DNA of 64,000 nt. Origin: a phage. This document shows, piece after piece, positions 32,677 through 42,889 of the stretch. The translations under genes and the position numbers were made by a program. The first letter of the stretch is position 1. The number at the start of each line of letters is the position of its first letter. The notes beneath the pieces are model-generated. The model was given only the letters and a program-made list of their open reading frames with translations, searched no databases and was not told the DNA's origin. The stretch is taken from the NCBI GenBank assembly GCA_012628545.1, contig GCA_012628545.1_3035.1, one strand, 5' to 3'.

Positions 32677-34001
32677 TTGATTTCCTCTAAATCTTTGGTG
32701 TATTCGGTAACTACATCAGTAGTTTTCCAATATTCGTTTTCTTCTTTTTTAGCTTTAGCTTCTTCAGCAAGTTTCTTTGCTTCATCGGAAGTCATATGAA
32801 AAATATTCATTCCAACTAGTTTATCAACATAAGAAGAATACATATCGATTTTCGAAAGTTCTTCGGTCAGTTCTTTACGAGTTTTACCCTGTACAACAAT
32901 TTCACCTGAAATTACTTTCTTAATGAAATGTGCCTTGGCAAAGGCTAAACGAAAAGCTGACTCAGTTTCTTTGATTTTGTTATCAATTCGTTTTTGGACA
33001 TAAGTTTTACGAACTTCAACAAAGTCTTTGATTAAATCAACTACGTTATCGTAAACTTGTAGTTTTCCTTTCTCATTAATAACCGTAATATTCTGAGAAC
33101 GACGCTCAATCAACCCGAAGTCTTTCATAATTTTTGCATGGCGTTCTTCTTCGTTATCGCTCAAAGAATATTCTTTGCGGAATTTAACTTTGAATCCAAA
33201 ACCGTGCTCACCACAAGCATCATCCCATGTAATGAAGCCTTTATCTTCAAGTGGGTCTAAGATTTTACTCACATAAGTTTCACGATCATACTTATACGGA
33301 ATCTCAGTGATATGCATTTGAGTTCGTGAAGTAAACTTGTACGTTCCACGAATTTCATATTGACCGTCAATCTCAACGACTTCACCACGAAATTCTGGGA
33401 ATTCTACCTTCGGTTTAGTTACTTTCTTTCCTTGAAGAGCTTGCAGTACAGCTTTCTTGACAGAAGAAACACTATGAGGAAGAATGTAAGTTGCATAACC
33501 AGTTGCAATACCGGAAACACCATTAAGAAGAACAGTAGGAATAATAGGCAAATAGAAAGCAGGCGGAATGTGTTCTTTATCTTGATGTACCGGAGCATAT
33601 TCAGTATCTTTATATACGTTATAGAAATTTTTACTTACACGAGCAAAAATATAACGACTTGCTGCTGCTTTTTGGACGGTACGAGAACCAAAGTTTCCTT
33701 GACCATCTAACAGAGGAAAGTTATTATTCCAAGTGTTAGCCATCAAAGCACCTGCATCTTGTGCAGAGTTTTCACCATGATGATATCCAAGGTCCGCTAC
33801 ACCACCTGCAATAGAAGCGAGTTTATGAAATTTATCTTTATTTCCTCGTGCCAAATCAAGAGCTCGAGCAATAACAAATCGTTGAACTGGCTTAAATCCG
33901 TCAATCATATTTGGGATAGCACGATTTTCAACCGTGTACATAGCATAAGCCAGTGCTTCATTATCAATGATACTTTTTAAATCGCGATTATTCAGTTGCA
34001 T
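32673..34001 (-). CDS. 52: DNA topoisomerase II medium subunit
   Basis: 442-aa ORF, GyrA-like N-terminal domain; T4 gp52 length. Confidence 0.9.
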   Translation of the reverse strand: MQLNNRDLKSIIDNEALAYAMYTVENRAIPNMIDGFKPVQRFVIARALDLARGNKDKFHKLASIAGGVADLGYHHGENSAQDAGALMANTWNNNFPLLDGQGNFGSRTVQKAAASRYIFARVSKNFYNVYKDTEYAPVHQDKEHIPPAFYLPIIPTVLLNGVSGIATGYATYILPHSVSSVKKAVLQALQGKKVTKPKVEFPEFRGEVVEIDGQYEIRGTYKFTSRTQMHITEIPYKYDRETYVSKILDPLEDKGFITWDDACGEHGFGFKVKFRKEYSLSDNEEERHAKIMKDFGLIERRSQNITVINEKGKLQVYDNVVDLIKDFVEVRKTYVQKRIDNKIKETESAFRLAFAKAHFIKKVISGEIVVQGKTRKELTEELSKIDMYSSYVDKLVGMNIFHMTSDEAKKLAEEAKAKKEENEYWKTTDVVTEYTKDLEEIK

Positions 34002-34005
34002 AAAT

Positions 34006-34146
34006 TTACCATACTAGTGAATGTAGTGCCATAATAACATCAGAAATGAAAAGCACGACTTGAATTAATCCGAACATTATTCCGTAATATAACGCTACCA
34101 ATAAAGTAGCAAGGGCTAGTGAATAGCCCAAGATTTTCTTAATCAT
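34006..34146 (-). CDS. small hydrophobic protein (46 aa)
   Basis: Hand-translated MIKKILGYSLALATLLVALYYG...; below ORF-track cutoff. Confidence 0.35.
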   Translation of the reverse strand: MIKKILGYSLALATLLVALYYGIMFGLIQVVLFISDVIMALHSLVW

Positions 34147-34297
34147 TAGTAGATAACAACACAAATGTTAAATATGCACACATACCCTGGGCTAAAGCTT
34201 GTGAAAACACACTGCTGGCATCAATACAGATAGTTAAAACACATGCTACTATCCAACAAATAAATGAAATAACTCCTAATAATTTTGCGATATTCAT
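34139..34297 (-). CDS. small membrane protein (52 aa), possible Ac
   Basis: Hand-translated MNIAKLLGVISFICWIVACVL...; size and position between 52 and stp fit T4 ac. Confidence 0.35.
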   Translation of the reverse strand: MNIAKLLGVISFICWIVACVLTICIDASSVFSQALAQGMCAYLTFVLLSTND

Positions 34298-34304
34298 ATT
34301 TTCC

Positions 34305-34385
34305 TCACTGGCGTCCGAAGACGCCTTTAGTTTTAAGATTGTTACGATAAAACTGCATCACATGTTCGTTGTGGAAATTACTCAT
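34305..34385 (-). CDS. stp: Stp peptide (26 aa)
   Basis: Hand-translated [26 protein letters not shown]; ATG overlaps ndd stop (TAATG). Confidence 0.7.
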
Positions 34386-34828
34386 TAATATGCCTGCAAA
34401 ACGAATTTAAAGTTATCAGCCAACATACGGTTCATTTCTTCAAGTGTTTGATACTCAGAATGATGATTACGAGTAAACGCCAAAGCTAACTGACCTTTAC
34501 CAAATCCTGTCGTCAGAGGTTTCATCTTAGAAGCAGGCAGATAAAATACTGTGTATGGAACATTGTTATTTGCAATAGTACGCGCAAGTTGAGACCGGCG
34601 TTGACGAATATGACTTAGAACTGCGCTGAATCCTTGCTTAGAACGCTGATTACCCACATAAAATCGTGCGGATACGCATGAACCATCGAATTCATTTACT
34701 AAAAAGTAAAATCCAGGTTTAGATAAAATATCTTTATGCGGAGTTCCCAAAAACCACTCACCACCCTTGATTGTACCAATAACAGTAGCGCCTGCATTAT
34801 TCAGATCAGTAACAGTCATATATTTCAT
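34385..34828 (-). CDS. ndd: nucleoid disruption protein
   Basis: About 147 aa from internal ATG ([13 protein letters not shown]); sequence recall of T4 Ndd. Confidence 0.85.
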
Positions 34829-34886
34829 GTTAATTTCCTCTAAATTATTTTCTACTCCAAGGCCGCATGAATACGCGGCCATTAAA

Positions 34887-35102
34887 TTAATCGTCGCAGT
34901 CGACGCTCAATTCCCAGAATTCTTCTACGGTGTAAGTTTCAGTATCATTTTCAATACAGAAACGTTCATTACTATTATTTGCTAAAGTAGCATTAACTGT
35001 CGGTTTCTCGCTAGTGCTCTTAAGAGGTGAAATACGAATTAACTGATCACCGTTATCTAAACAGAAAATTTCACCAACTTTTACATCTTTAAAACTTTTC
35101 AT
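34887..35102 (-). CDS. hypothetical protein
   Basis: 71-aa ORF. Confidence 0.45.
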   Translation of the reverse strand: MKSFKDVKVGEIFCLDNGDQLIRISPLKSTSEKPTVNATLANNSNERFCIENDTETYTVEEFWELSVDCDD

Positions 35103-35217
35103 AATTCACCTCAAGGAGTATAAAATCCAAATGCAGTTGTTGACCATCCCATCCAATATGGGAAATTTGCACCAATGTAAAACATAAGAATATAAAACCA
35201 ACCGCTCAACAAATTCA

Positions 35218-35436
35218 TCATTTTACACCATTCCAAATTGTTTCAACTACGGATTTTAAACCATTTTGATGAATGTCCATTCCGACTACCGCCATCAAAT
35301 AGATTCCAACTACAACTGAACCTAAGGCAAAAATCAGCATGAAAATGAATAAAGCCGGAAAAATATTATCGAAAAACCATTCAATAAATGTAAAAGCATT
35401 GCGTTTACGCTTCATATTTTCCTCACATAAATCCAA
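35218..35436 (-). CDS. small membrane protein
   Basis: 72-aa ORF with two hydrophobic segments. Confidence 0.45.
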   Translation of the reverse strand: MDLCEENMKRKRNAFTFIEWFFDNIFPALFIFMLIFALGSVVVGIYLMAVVGMDIHQNGLKSVVETIWNGVK

Positions 35437-35536
35437 AGTAAACGTTTAATACATCAATCATTAAAACGATTGGGAATATACTCAAAACTATTAGTATTAT
35501 AACTACATTCCATATAGCTTTAATAATCTTTTTCAT
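35423..35536 (-). CDS. small membrane protein (37 aa)
   Basis: Internal ATG (MKKIIKAIWNVVIIL...) of ORF-track 35423..35671; the remainder reads through a promoter. Confidence 0.3.
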   Translation of the reverse strand: MKKIIKAIWNVVIILIVLSIFPIVLMIDVLNVYFGFM

Positions 35537-35550
35537 TTTCTGTTCCTCCG

Positions 35551-35594
35551 TAGTTGATAGGGTAATAGTACCACGGAAGAACAGTCTTGTAAAC
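35551..35594 (-). promoter_or_regulatory. early promoter (conserved family)
   Basis: GTTTAC, 15 bp, TGGTACTATTACCCTATCAACTAC. Confidence 0.45.
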
Positions 35595-35779
35595 AACTTT
35601 TTTAAAAATATTCGTAATAAATGTGAATACCAACTACTACCGCTGAAACCTGTGCAACCCACCATGCACAAGCAATAAGTACAGAATTTAAAATTTTCAT
35701 AATAACCTCATTACAAAAGTAAATGTTAAACAAATTACTGGAATACTAATTAACCAAACAAAACACCACCATAGTGAAC

Positions 35780-36043
35780 TCATAGCTCAATCTCAATGAT
35801 TTCAAGATTATTTTCTTTAATAGCTTTCTTTAAATCATCGTAAATAAGAACTTCCCAAGAATTGTTTAAATCACCATTCAACAAACGCTCTTGTTGCAAT
35901 TTATCAGTAAGATACGGTTGATCTGATTCATATTTAGACAATCCCAATGAAATAAATGATGTTGCATCGTCAATTTCAGAATATTGTACATGAACAAATT
36001 CACCTGTGATTTTATGTTTAACATAAAAGAATTTAAATTTCAT
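35780..36043 (-). CDS. hypothetical protein
   Basis: 87-aa ORF just downstream of an early promoter copy. Confidence 0.45.
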   Translation of the reverse strand: MKFKFFYVKHKITGEFVHVQYSEIDDATSFISLGLSKYESDQPYLTDKLQQERLLNGDLNNSWEVLIYDDLKKAIKENNLEIIEIEL

Positions 36044-36057
36044 TTTCCGCTCCTCCG

Positions 36058-36101
36058 TAGTTGATAGTTGTATAGTACCACGGTCCTTGTGGTATGTAAA
36101 C
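36058..36101 (-). promoter_or_regulatory. early promoter (conserved family)
   Basis: GTTTAC, 15 bp, TGGTACTATACAACTATCAACTAC. Confidence 0.45.
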
Positions 36102-36119
36102 TGTTTTGTGAAAAAATTT

Positions 36120-36677
36120 TTAAATGGAAAGATACCATCCGTTGTAGTTGCTTTTTCTTACAACCTTACGAAGGTCTTCTCTGTCACCGATGAACTTCGG
36201 AGTGTACTGGATGACACCTGGATGAATTTCTTTAGTGTTGAATATAATTATACAGTCAGCGACTTGATGATTTAGAATGGGCCCTAGATTTATTCCAGAA
36301 CCATATGGATACTCTCCGCTGCATCCTGTTGTTACCGAAATCCAACGTGAGTCAGTTTGATGTGTCTTAACTTCTACGCGAAGCCCACAGTATTTTGGAT
36401 GCGCCAATACATCCCATGCATACGTGTACGGATCATCGACATCTTCTTGACCTTTATTAACATACCCGCTTAACCAATCTGCTACAAAAAACTCTGCGTA
36501 CACAGCGATACGACATCTTTCGATAACTTCTGCCTTATCCTGGTTCGGGTTTTGTTTTAAAGAGTATCTTGCTGTATCAGCAATTTTGACCTTCATTTCA
36601 TTGGTTAAATCGCTGTTCGATAGAGTAAATGTCGGAATCTGAAATAGTCTCTGCAAACCCGGATTCGTTTTCTGCAT
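36120..36677 (-). CDS. denB: endonuclease IV
   Basis: 185-aa ORF; T4 DenB length and position next to rIIB. Confidence 0.7.
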   Translation of the reverse strand: MQKTNPGLQRLFQIPTFTLSNSDLTNEMKVKIADTARYSLKQNPNQDKAEVIERCRIAVYAEFFVADWLSGYVNKGQEDVDDPYTYAWDVLAHPKYCGLRVEVKTHQTDSRWISVTTGCSGEYPYGSGINLGPILNHQVADCIIIFNTKEIHPGVIQYTPKFIGDREDLRKVVRKSNYNGWYLSI

Positions 36678-36720
36678 TTAAACTTTCCTTTATGTCGGAA
36701 TCATAATTTCTCTTAAAACA

Positions 36721-36740
36721 AAAGGGCCGAAGCCCTTATT
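36721..36740 (-). terminator. UUCG-loop hairpin after ORF 36741..36935
   Basis: aagggc-cgaa-gccctt followed on minus strand by U-rich tract. Confidence 0.4.
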
Positions 36741-36935
36741 TTATTTGAATTGTGCGATTCTTTTCTCTAAACATTCAGCATAAGATTTCATTGAGATGAA
36801 CTGTGAAAGCAGTAATTCTTGCTCAACTTCATTAATCGTTAGAAACTTTGTGCTTTCTAAAAATTTGCTCAGTGCATTAATTTTGAGCATTAATTGATCG
36901 TATTCTTCTTTTACTCGTGCTTGATAACCTAACAT
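36741..36935 (-). CDS. hypothetical protein
   Basis: 64-aa ORF flanked by two identical hairpins. Confidence 0.45.
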   Translation of the reverse strand: MLGYQARVKEEYDQLMLKINALSKFLESTKFLTINEVEQELLLSQFISMKSYAECLEKRIAQFK

Positions 36936-36951
36936 AATTTTCCTTAATATG

Positions 36952-36970
36952 ATAAGGGCCGAAGCCCTTA
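36952..36970 (-). promoter_or_regulatory. intercistronic UUCG-loop hairpin at rIIB stop
   Basis: Same 17-mer aagggccgaagccctta as at 36722..36738. Confidence 0.35.
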
Positions 36971-37906
36971 TTTAAATTGTTCAGTAACGTCTTCAACTAC
37001 TTCGTATTGGCAGGTACGCATTTTAGCATCGTTGTAATCAATCGGAATTGATACTACATCACGTGGATGTACTTTAACTTTTACAACTCGGCTGGTTGAA
37101 CTGCCAAAGTGACGAATATAAGATTTAGAACACACATGCAGACCACGAGAACAAGTTTGTGTATCATCGTCATTCACACGAGTACGTGGCATTTTAACTA
37201 CTTTACCAGGACTGTTATCAAAGGTGTTTGAGTGACAGTCAAAGTAGTTGTCACGAACTACTTTCCAAGCATAGAAGTAACCATCTTCTGTAATTTCAAT
37301 ATCGTTTGCTACCAAGAAATCAAAGAGTCGAGATACCGCTTTCTGGCTTGGGTTTTCCAGCAGATTTTCCAAGAACGGAAAATAAAATTCAAAGTTTTCA
37401 CCTTTTTCCATCGAGTCAAGAATACGATCAACTAAACCAGATCGCAATTCAATATTTTGATAGAACAAGCTTCCACCTTCAATTCGAACATCACCGGAAA
37501 TATATTTTTCAACAGCGCGGCGAACATTAATTTTTTGTGCCGCTTCTTCCAATTTATCTGCAACAAGCAGATTAAGAATTTCCTGGAAGTTTGAATGAGT
37601 ATTAGGAGTTGCGTTATAAGTTACACCATCAACAGTAATTGAAATGAATTTTTTAGATGCATTCCAAATAATGTCAGATTTAGCAACTGGAGCAATAGCT
37701 ACATCACTCTTAACTTCAACTGTAATGTCACCGCTAATGGTAACTTTAGGACGTTTAGCTTCTTCAGCATTTTTCAAAACACGACGGATTGTGTCAACCG
37801 ATACACCTTGCCAATCAGCCAATTCCTGTTGGGTGTAATTACCACTTGAATACAGTTTGACAATTTCAGCTTGTTCGTTTTTGGTCAGGCATTTAATATT
37901 GTACAT
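36968..37906 (-). CDS. rIIB: rIIB protein
   Basis: 312-aa ORF; T4 rIIB length and synteny. Confidence 0.9.
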   Translation of the reverse strand: MYNIKCLTKNEQAEIVKLYSSGNYTQQELADWQGVSVDTIRRVLKNAEEAKRPKVTISGDITVEVKSDVAIAPVAKSDIIWNASKKFISITVDGVTYNATPNTHSNFQEILNLLVADKLEEAAQKINVRRAVEKYISGDVRIEGGSLFYQNIELRSGLVDRILDSMEKGENFEFYFPFLENLLENPSQKAVSRLFDFLVANDIEITEDGYFYAWKVVRDNYFDCHSNTFDNSPGKVVKMPRTRVNDDDTQTCSRGLHVCSKSYIRHFGSSTSRVVKVKVHPRDVVSIPIDYNDAKMRTCQYEVVEDVTEQFK

Positions 37907-37917
37907 AATTTTCCTTA

Positions 37918-40095
37918 TTAGGCCGCAAGGGCCTTCATAGTTTTAGCGATTTGGGAAACTTCATCATCACTTAAAGAGTTGCGATAACCGATGAAGTCGG
38001 AAACAATACGGAATTTCTTGGTAAACTCAGCAACCATTTTATCACTATTTTTTGAAGCATTACGTGATAATTCATCAAAGAGATTAGTTACTGTCCAGAT
38101 ATCATGACCGATGGTATCTTTTCCACCATTGAAATACACACCGCGTAATGAACTAACCATATTACCAAGTCGTGTATATTCTTCAGAAACTTCATCTGTA
38201 CTGAAGTACTTCATCATAAAATCTAGTTCAGGATACTTGATAATTTTATCAATATATCGTTGAGCTGAACTTGAATAACCTACATACTTATCATAATCTA
38301 CATCATCAAAAGCATCTACATATAAATCACGCAAAGCTTCAAAAATACATTGGCACTGACCGAGTTCTTTTACCTTTTTCTGTAAAAGCGGACGAATAAC
38401 ATAAAATTCATTAATGCCAATAAGATTAGCCATACGAATCAAAATATTCATAGATGGATGACAAAGTGATGTAGTACCATCCATAGAGAAAATATCAGAA
38501 CGATGCATATACGCTACATAACCAGTAATTTCATCTGCTTCTGACGTAAGTGTAAATAATTCCTCTTTTTCCCAACGCCCGTCTTTAATTTCAAACTTAA
38601 ATGCTGTAGCAGCTTTAGGACGAGGAGCTTTACTTTTAACTACCTTTGGAATATAGCTTTTAACTAAAGCTTCAATTTCTGACAAATAATGAATGTTAAC
38701 TTCATCACTTTCAAACATTGCCATAATATCAGGTAGTAAATCAATCTGCGATTCTACTTCCGGATTAATAAACAGAAGACGCTCATTGTGATGAATATTT
38801 AAAGTGTTATTAAATTCACTATCATCTAGCGCATGTGCTAATCCACGGACAATATTAACACGATTTTTAATATTATCAATAACGATATTAATTTTTGTTG
38901 TATTAATACCAAACAGACGATAACTTGACGCAACGGCTGATGTTTCATGACTTTGCTTAATGCGTTTCAGTCGAGGGTCAAGATTTACTTCATACACAAC
39001 TCCTGCATTGCATAACTTACTGTCAGGTTCAAACATGCTCTGCATCTTTTTATATGACAGATTTTTAGTCGTGAATTTGACTGAATTACTAATCATATAA
39101 TCTCGAGCAGAATACCCCATCTTCATCAATTCACGATATGTGTGACGAGGAGATGTAGATTCTTTAAATCGTTTTACATCTTCATTAAATGCTTTCTCAC
39201 TGAGTTCTTTAACTCGTTCAATAATATTTTTACGAGTACGATCATCCAGTGAAAGAGCCTCGCGAGATGGAGCAATATCCAGTGAACCCATTGGAAACTT
39301 AATGTAATTCACTTCATTGCGAATGCTTAGCCAGTTACGGTCTCTAATAACACCATCGATAGGATAAACAATACCGCCATAGATAGCATATAATCCACCA
39401 CGATCAGGCCAGTATCTTTCTGGATTTACACCATAATAATCATCAAAATCAGGAAAATAATCAATTTCGCGGTCAAGACCATTAATGATAGCCAAATCTT
39501 TGAACGGTCGCATGATATAAGAAACTTCATAAGCAAAGTTTCTAAAGTCTTTTTCTTCAACTGGAACTACGATTTCAATACCAGTTTTATCATCTGGACC
39601 CATTTCTTTTACGAATGTAGGTTTAATCTGTGGGCCATCACCATCCATGTAAGCTACATAACCACGAATTTCACCTTTATGATACGAAGTAATACTAAAC
39701 GTATCAGTATAACTAAACGGAGATTTAGAACCTAAACCAAATCCGCCAATAAAGTCATTAGATTCAGCCTTAGATGAACTGAAGTATGAATTATACAGCC
39801 CAGGAGAATTATCATCACCCTGAATATCAAAATCACTCATACCCGGACCAAAATCTCGACAAACAAATCGTGGATCTAATCGTCCTGGAACTTGAATGAT
39901 AAATTTTTCAGGATTTCCATTAAGTGCATGAGCATCAATCATGTTAGTAATCAATTCACGGACTACTGCGCGAATCTTGTTTGTATACAAATCAGATGAC
40001 AGAATTTTAAATACTTTAGGATTTGCTGCGATGCTAAATGCTTTTGATTTAGAACCATTGCCAAGAATTGTTTCTTTTTCAGTGGTGATAATCAT
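37918..40095 (-). CDS. rIIA: rIIA protein
   Basis: 725-aa ORF; T4 rIIA length and synteny. Confidence 0.9.
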   Translation of the reverse strand: MIITTEKETILGNGSKSKAFSIAANPKVFKILSSDLYTNKIRAVVRELITNMIDAHALNGNPEKFIIQVPGRLDPRFVCRDFGPGMSDFDIQGDDNSPGLYNSYFSSSKAESNDFIGGFGLGSKSPFSYTDTFSITSYHKGEIRGYVAYMDGDGPQIKPTFVKEMGPDDKTGIEIVVPVEEKDFRNFAYEVSYIMRPFKDLAIINGLDREIDYFPDFDDYYGVNPERYWPDRGGLYAIYGGIVYPIDGVIRDRNWLSIRNEVNYIKFPMGSLDIAPSREALSLDDRTRKNIIERVKELSEKAFNEDVKRFKESTSPRHTYRELMKMGYSARDYMISNSVKFTTKNLSYKKMQSMFEPDSKLCNAGVVYEVNLDPRLKRIKQSHETSAVASSYRLFGINTTKINIVIDNIKNRVNIVRGLAHALDDSEFNNTLNIHHNERLLFINPEVESQIDLLPDIMAMFESDEVNIHYLSEIEALVKSYIPKVVKSKAPRPKAATAFKFEIKDGRWEKEELFTLTSEADEITGYVAYMHRSDIFSMDGTTSLCHPSMNILIRMANLIGINEFYVIRPLLQKKVKELGQCQCIFEALRDLYVDAFDDVDYDKYVGYSSSAQRYIDKIIKYPELDFMMKYFSTDEVSEEYTRLGNMVSSLRGVYFNGGKDTIGHDIWTVTNLFDELSRNASKNSDKMVAEFTKKFRIVSDFIGYRNSLSDDEVSQIAKTMKALAA

Positions 40096-40105
40096 AATTT
40101 CCTCA

Positions 40106-40378
40106 TTAATTCATATTACGTTTAATAACTTCAGCAACTTCTAGTAGTTCATCTTTAGTTGCGGTGTCGGATTGAATTTTATCTCTAATATCTTTAAAGC
40201 GGTTTTTAAATTCTTCGGCTTCTCCCATATCGAAAAAGCGTTGAATGATTCTATATTCTCGATGAACTGCTTTATCAAAAAGTTCTAAATTTACTCTATA
40301 TGATTTCATTTCAATATCCTCATTTGCCCAATTAATTATACCACATCCTTGTGTAAAGTAAACTACTGGCTCATCCAT
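40106..40378 (-). CDS. hypothetical protein
   Basis: 90-aa ORF. Confidence 0.5.
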   Translation of the reverse strand: MDEPVVYFTQGCGIINWANEDIEMKSYRVNLELFDKAVHREYRIIQRFFDMGEAEEFKNRFKDIRDKIQSDTATKDELLEVAEVIKRNMN

Positions 40379-42183
40379 TCTTTACGAAGGTCAGCATTAT
40401 CTCCCATGAGCATTTCAAAAAGCTCTTTCCAATTCTCAGGAAGTTTAACAACATCATATACTGGATTTTGAATCATCTCACGATATTCAGATTTTTCCAA
40501 AGAGCCAAGTCCCTTAATATAACGGATGCTATGTTTAGGTAGAGCATCTTTGGCACTCTCATATTCAGCGACTGTATAAAACCATTCTTGTTTTTTACCG
40601 ACCTGAGCGATGATTACAGGAGTTTTGACAAAGCGAATTCGTCCTTGCTCAAACAATTCTGGCCAATTACTAAAAAATCCGAGCAGAGAAGGATAAATGC
40701 TTCCTAGACCATCATGGTCAGCATCAGTCATAATAGCAATATTGCGATAATTCAAGTTTTCAGCTTTTTCACCAAGAACTAGACCAGTGATTGCGCAAAT
40801 ATCAAATAGTTCTTTGTTTTTAAGCATATCGGCATATGACATACCCCAGCTATTAAGAACTTTACCGCGCAATGGATAACCACCATGAAGTTCTTTATCG
40901 CGAACATCAATAAGATATCCGATAGCTGAATCACCCTCAGTCAAGAACAATGTAGTGTCAGCATCTTTACCGCAAAGATTCGCTTTAATATGTTTATGAA
41001 CCTTAGCTTTAGAAGCCTTTTTAGCTGCTTTAGTTTCTGCTGCTTTTTCTGCCGCCAATTTACGAGCCAAAGCAGCTTCAATAATCGGCATCAGAATTGC
41101 TTCATTATTTAGAATAGCGCGTGAAATCTTTTTAGCGTCAAGTTGAATATGACTACGAATTTCGCCAAATGGAGAAGTCAAACGCTCTTTAGTTTGAGAA
41201 TCAAATCGCATGTTTTTCATATCACGAACAAACATAACGATAGTCAAACATTCTTTGACACGTGCTTTAGTTACATCAATTTTGAACTTACGTTTGATTT
41301 GTGGAATAAGGTCTTCACAAATATCATCCATAACACAGTCAATGTGATGGCCACCATTCTTAGTGTGAATGTTATTCACGTAAGTTAATTGACGAAATCC
41401 ATCCGGCGAACGACCAACCGCAATAGAACAATTTTCTTGTTCTTGAACAATAGCATGTTCATCATACTGTCGTGCATATTTCTTAAAATTACCCTGAACC
41501 TTTTTACCATTAAAGGTAAATTGAATATCAGGATAAACAACAGCAAGTGTCTGGAGACGATCTAGTGTAATGTCAAGATAAACTTGGGACAGCTCATTAG
41601 TTTCAAATGACATAAAATCAGGAATGAAAGTAACACGGGTTCCTTTCCATTTTCCAGGAATATCTTCCCATGATTTATTTTCCATGCCGTTTGAACAACG
41701 AACTACAATATTATTTTGACCATCGCCAGTTTCACCAACAAACATCACAGAAAAAATGTTTGTCAAACTAGAACCAACGCCATTCATACCACCGGTGACA
41801 CGTTCTTTATCATCACCGAAGTTACCACCTGCTTTTGGAATAGTCCACGCAGCAACAGGACCAGGAATTTCTTCACCGGTAGGTGTTTTAACCATCGCCT
41901 GTGGAATACCACGACCGTTATCTTCAACTGTTACTTGATTATTTTTAATAGTAACATTAATTTTATTTGCGAATTTAAACTTAGTACGAATACCTTCATC
42001 TACTGAGTTATCGATAATTTCATCAATAAGCTTAACAAGACCAGGTACATACTGAACACTTTCCCATTTACCAAACAGAAATCGCTCATGCATTTCATTA
42101 GCTGAAGAGCCAATGTACATGCCGCTACGCTTTTTGATATGTTCAATATCGCTCAGAATTTTAATTTCATTCTTAATCATCAC
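40363..42183 (-). CDS. 39: DNA topoisomerase II large subunit (GyrB-like), gene 39 and gene 60 parts in one ORF
   Basis: 606-aa uninterrupted ORF; GHKL ATPase N-terminus; C-terminus carries the T4 gp60 sequence (NVAIMTDADHDGLGSIYPSLLGFF...). Confidence 0.9.
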   Translation of the reverse strand: MMIKNEIKILSDIEHIKKRSGMYIGSSANEMHERFLFGKWESVQYVPGLVKLIDEIIDNSVDEGIRTKFKFANKINVTIKNNQVTVEDNGRGIPQAMVKTPTGEEIPGPVAAWTIPKAGGNFGDDKERVTGGMNGVGSSLTNIFSVMFVGETGDGQNNIVVRCSNGMENKSWEDIPGKWKGTRVTFIPDFMSFETNELSQVYLDITLDRLQTLAVVYPDIQFTFNGKKVQGNFKKYARQYDEHAIVQEQENCSIAVGRSPDGFRQLTYVNNIHTKNGGHHIDCVMDDICEDLIPQIKRKFKIDVTKARVKECLTIVMFVRDMKNMRFDSQTKERLTSPFGEIRSHIQLDAKKISRAILNNEAILMPIIEAALARKLAAEKAAETKAAKKASKAKVHKHIKANLCGKDADTTLFLTEGDSAIGYLIDVRDKELHGGYPLRGKVLNSWGMSYADMLKNKELFDICAITGLVLGEKAENLNYRNIAIMTDADHDGLGSIYPSLLGFFSNWPELFEQGRIRFVKTPVIIAQVGKKQEWFYTVAEYESAKDALPKHSIRYIKGLGSLEKSEYREMIQNPVYDVVKLPENWKELFEMLMGDNADLRKEWMSQ

Positions 42184-42232
42184 TTATCCTCGTTTGGTTT
42201 CGGGAATATTATACTCCGGTAATCATAAAGCT

Positions 42233-42250
42233 AAAGGCCCGAAGGCCTTT
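42233..42250 (-). promoter_or_regulatory. intercistronic UUCG-loop hairpin
   Basis: aaaggcc-cgaa-ggccttt between ORF 42250..42519 and gene 39. Confidence 0.35.
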
Positions 42251-42519
42251 TATTTAAAACGAATAGTTGAATCCTTAAAGAACAGCCCAGAACATACTGT
42301 TCCTTCTACTTTCTGCCCGGTAGGTCCAATAGCACGAAATCCAGTATGTTGGAAATCATTTTCAGAACAACCGAACCAGTTATATCCAGTGATTTCAATA
42401 TTAGTAAAACCGCTTGAAGATAAAACTTTGGTTGCATTATCAGCATCAGTACATCCTACTAAAGACACTGTTAATACTAATGCTGCAATAGAACGATTAA
42501 TATATTTCATAATTTTCAC
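42250..42519 (-). CDS. putative lipoprotein
   Basis: 89-aa ORF with signal peptide and lipobox LVGCT. Confidence 0.5.
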   Translation of the reverse strand: MKIMKYINRSIAALVLTVSLVGCTDADNATKVLSSSGFTNIEITGYNWFGCSENDFQHTGFRAIGPTGQKVEGTVCSGLFFKDSTIRFK

Positions 42520-42887
42520 TTAAATTTAATGGCTTGAAGAAGACTAATAATTCTCAAGCGACTTCTTTCATCTTTAACTGTAAAAGAAAGAGGGTCACCA
42601 GATTTCATAGTAATAGTACATTCAAAATCAAAATCTTCGGAAACTTCTTTGAAGAAGTCAAATTCTTCATCATAAATTAGAACATTACTCTGACAACTAT
42701 GAAGAATTTTTCCATCATTTCCAGATGCTGTACTAATCATTGTAACATTATGACCTTTCATACCTTCAATGATAAATTCACTAGTCAATATTACAGCATT
42801 AATAGAACTATTCCTATTACTAGCAGAAAGTAGATATTTCTGTTCTTCACCTTCACGAATGCAATATTTCTTACCGATTTTAAACAT
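42516..42887 (-). CDS. hypothetical protein
   Basis: 123-aa ORF. Confidence 0.5.
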   Translation of the reverse strand: MFKIGKKYCIREGEEQKYLLSASNRNSSINAVILTSEFIIEGMKGHNVTMISTASGNDGKILHSCQSNVLIYDEEFDFFKEVSEDFDFECTITMKSGDPLSFTVKDERSRLRIISLLQAIKFK

Positions 42888-42889
42888 AA

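Noticed and set aside
33360-33710. 116-aa plus-strand ORF inside gene 52 (similarly 4450-4857 in pseT and 41716-42006 in gene 39)
   Set aside because: Antisense overlap with strongly supported enzymes; no RBS; shadow ORFs.
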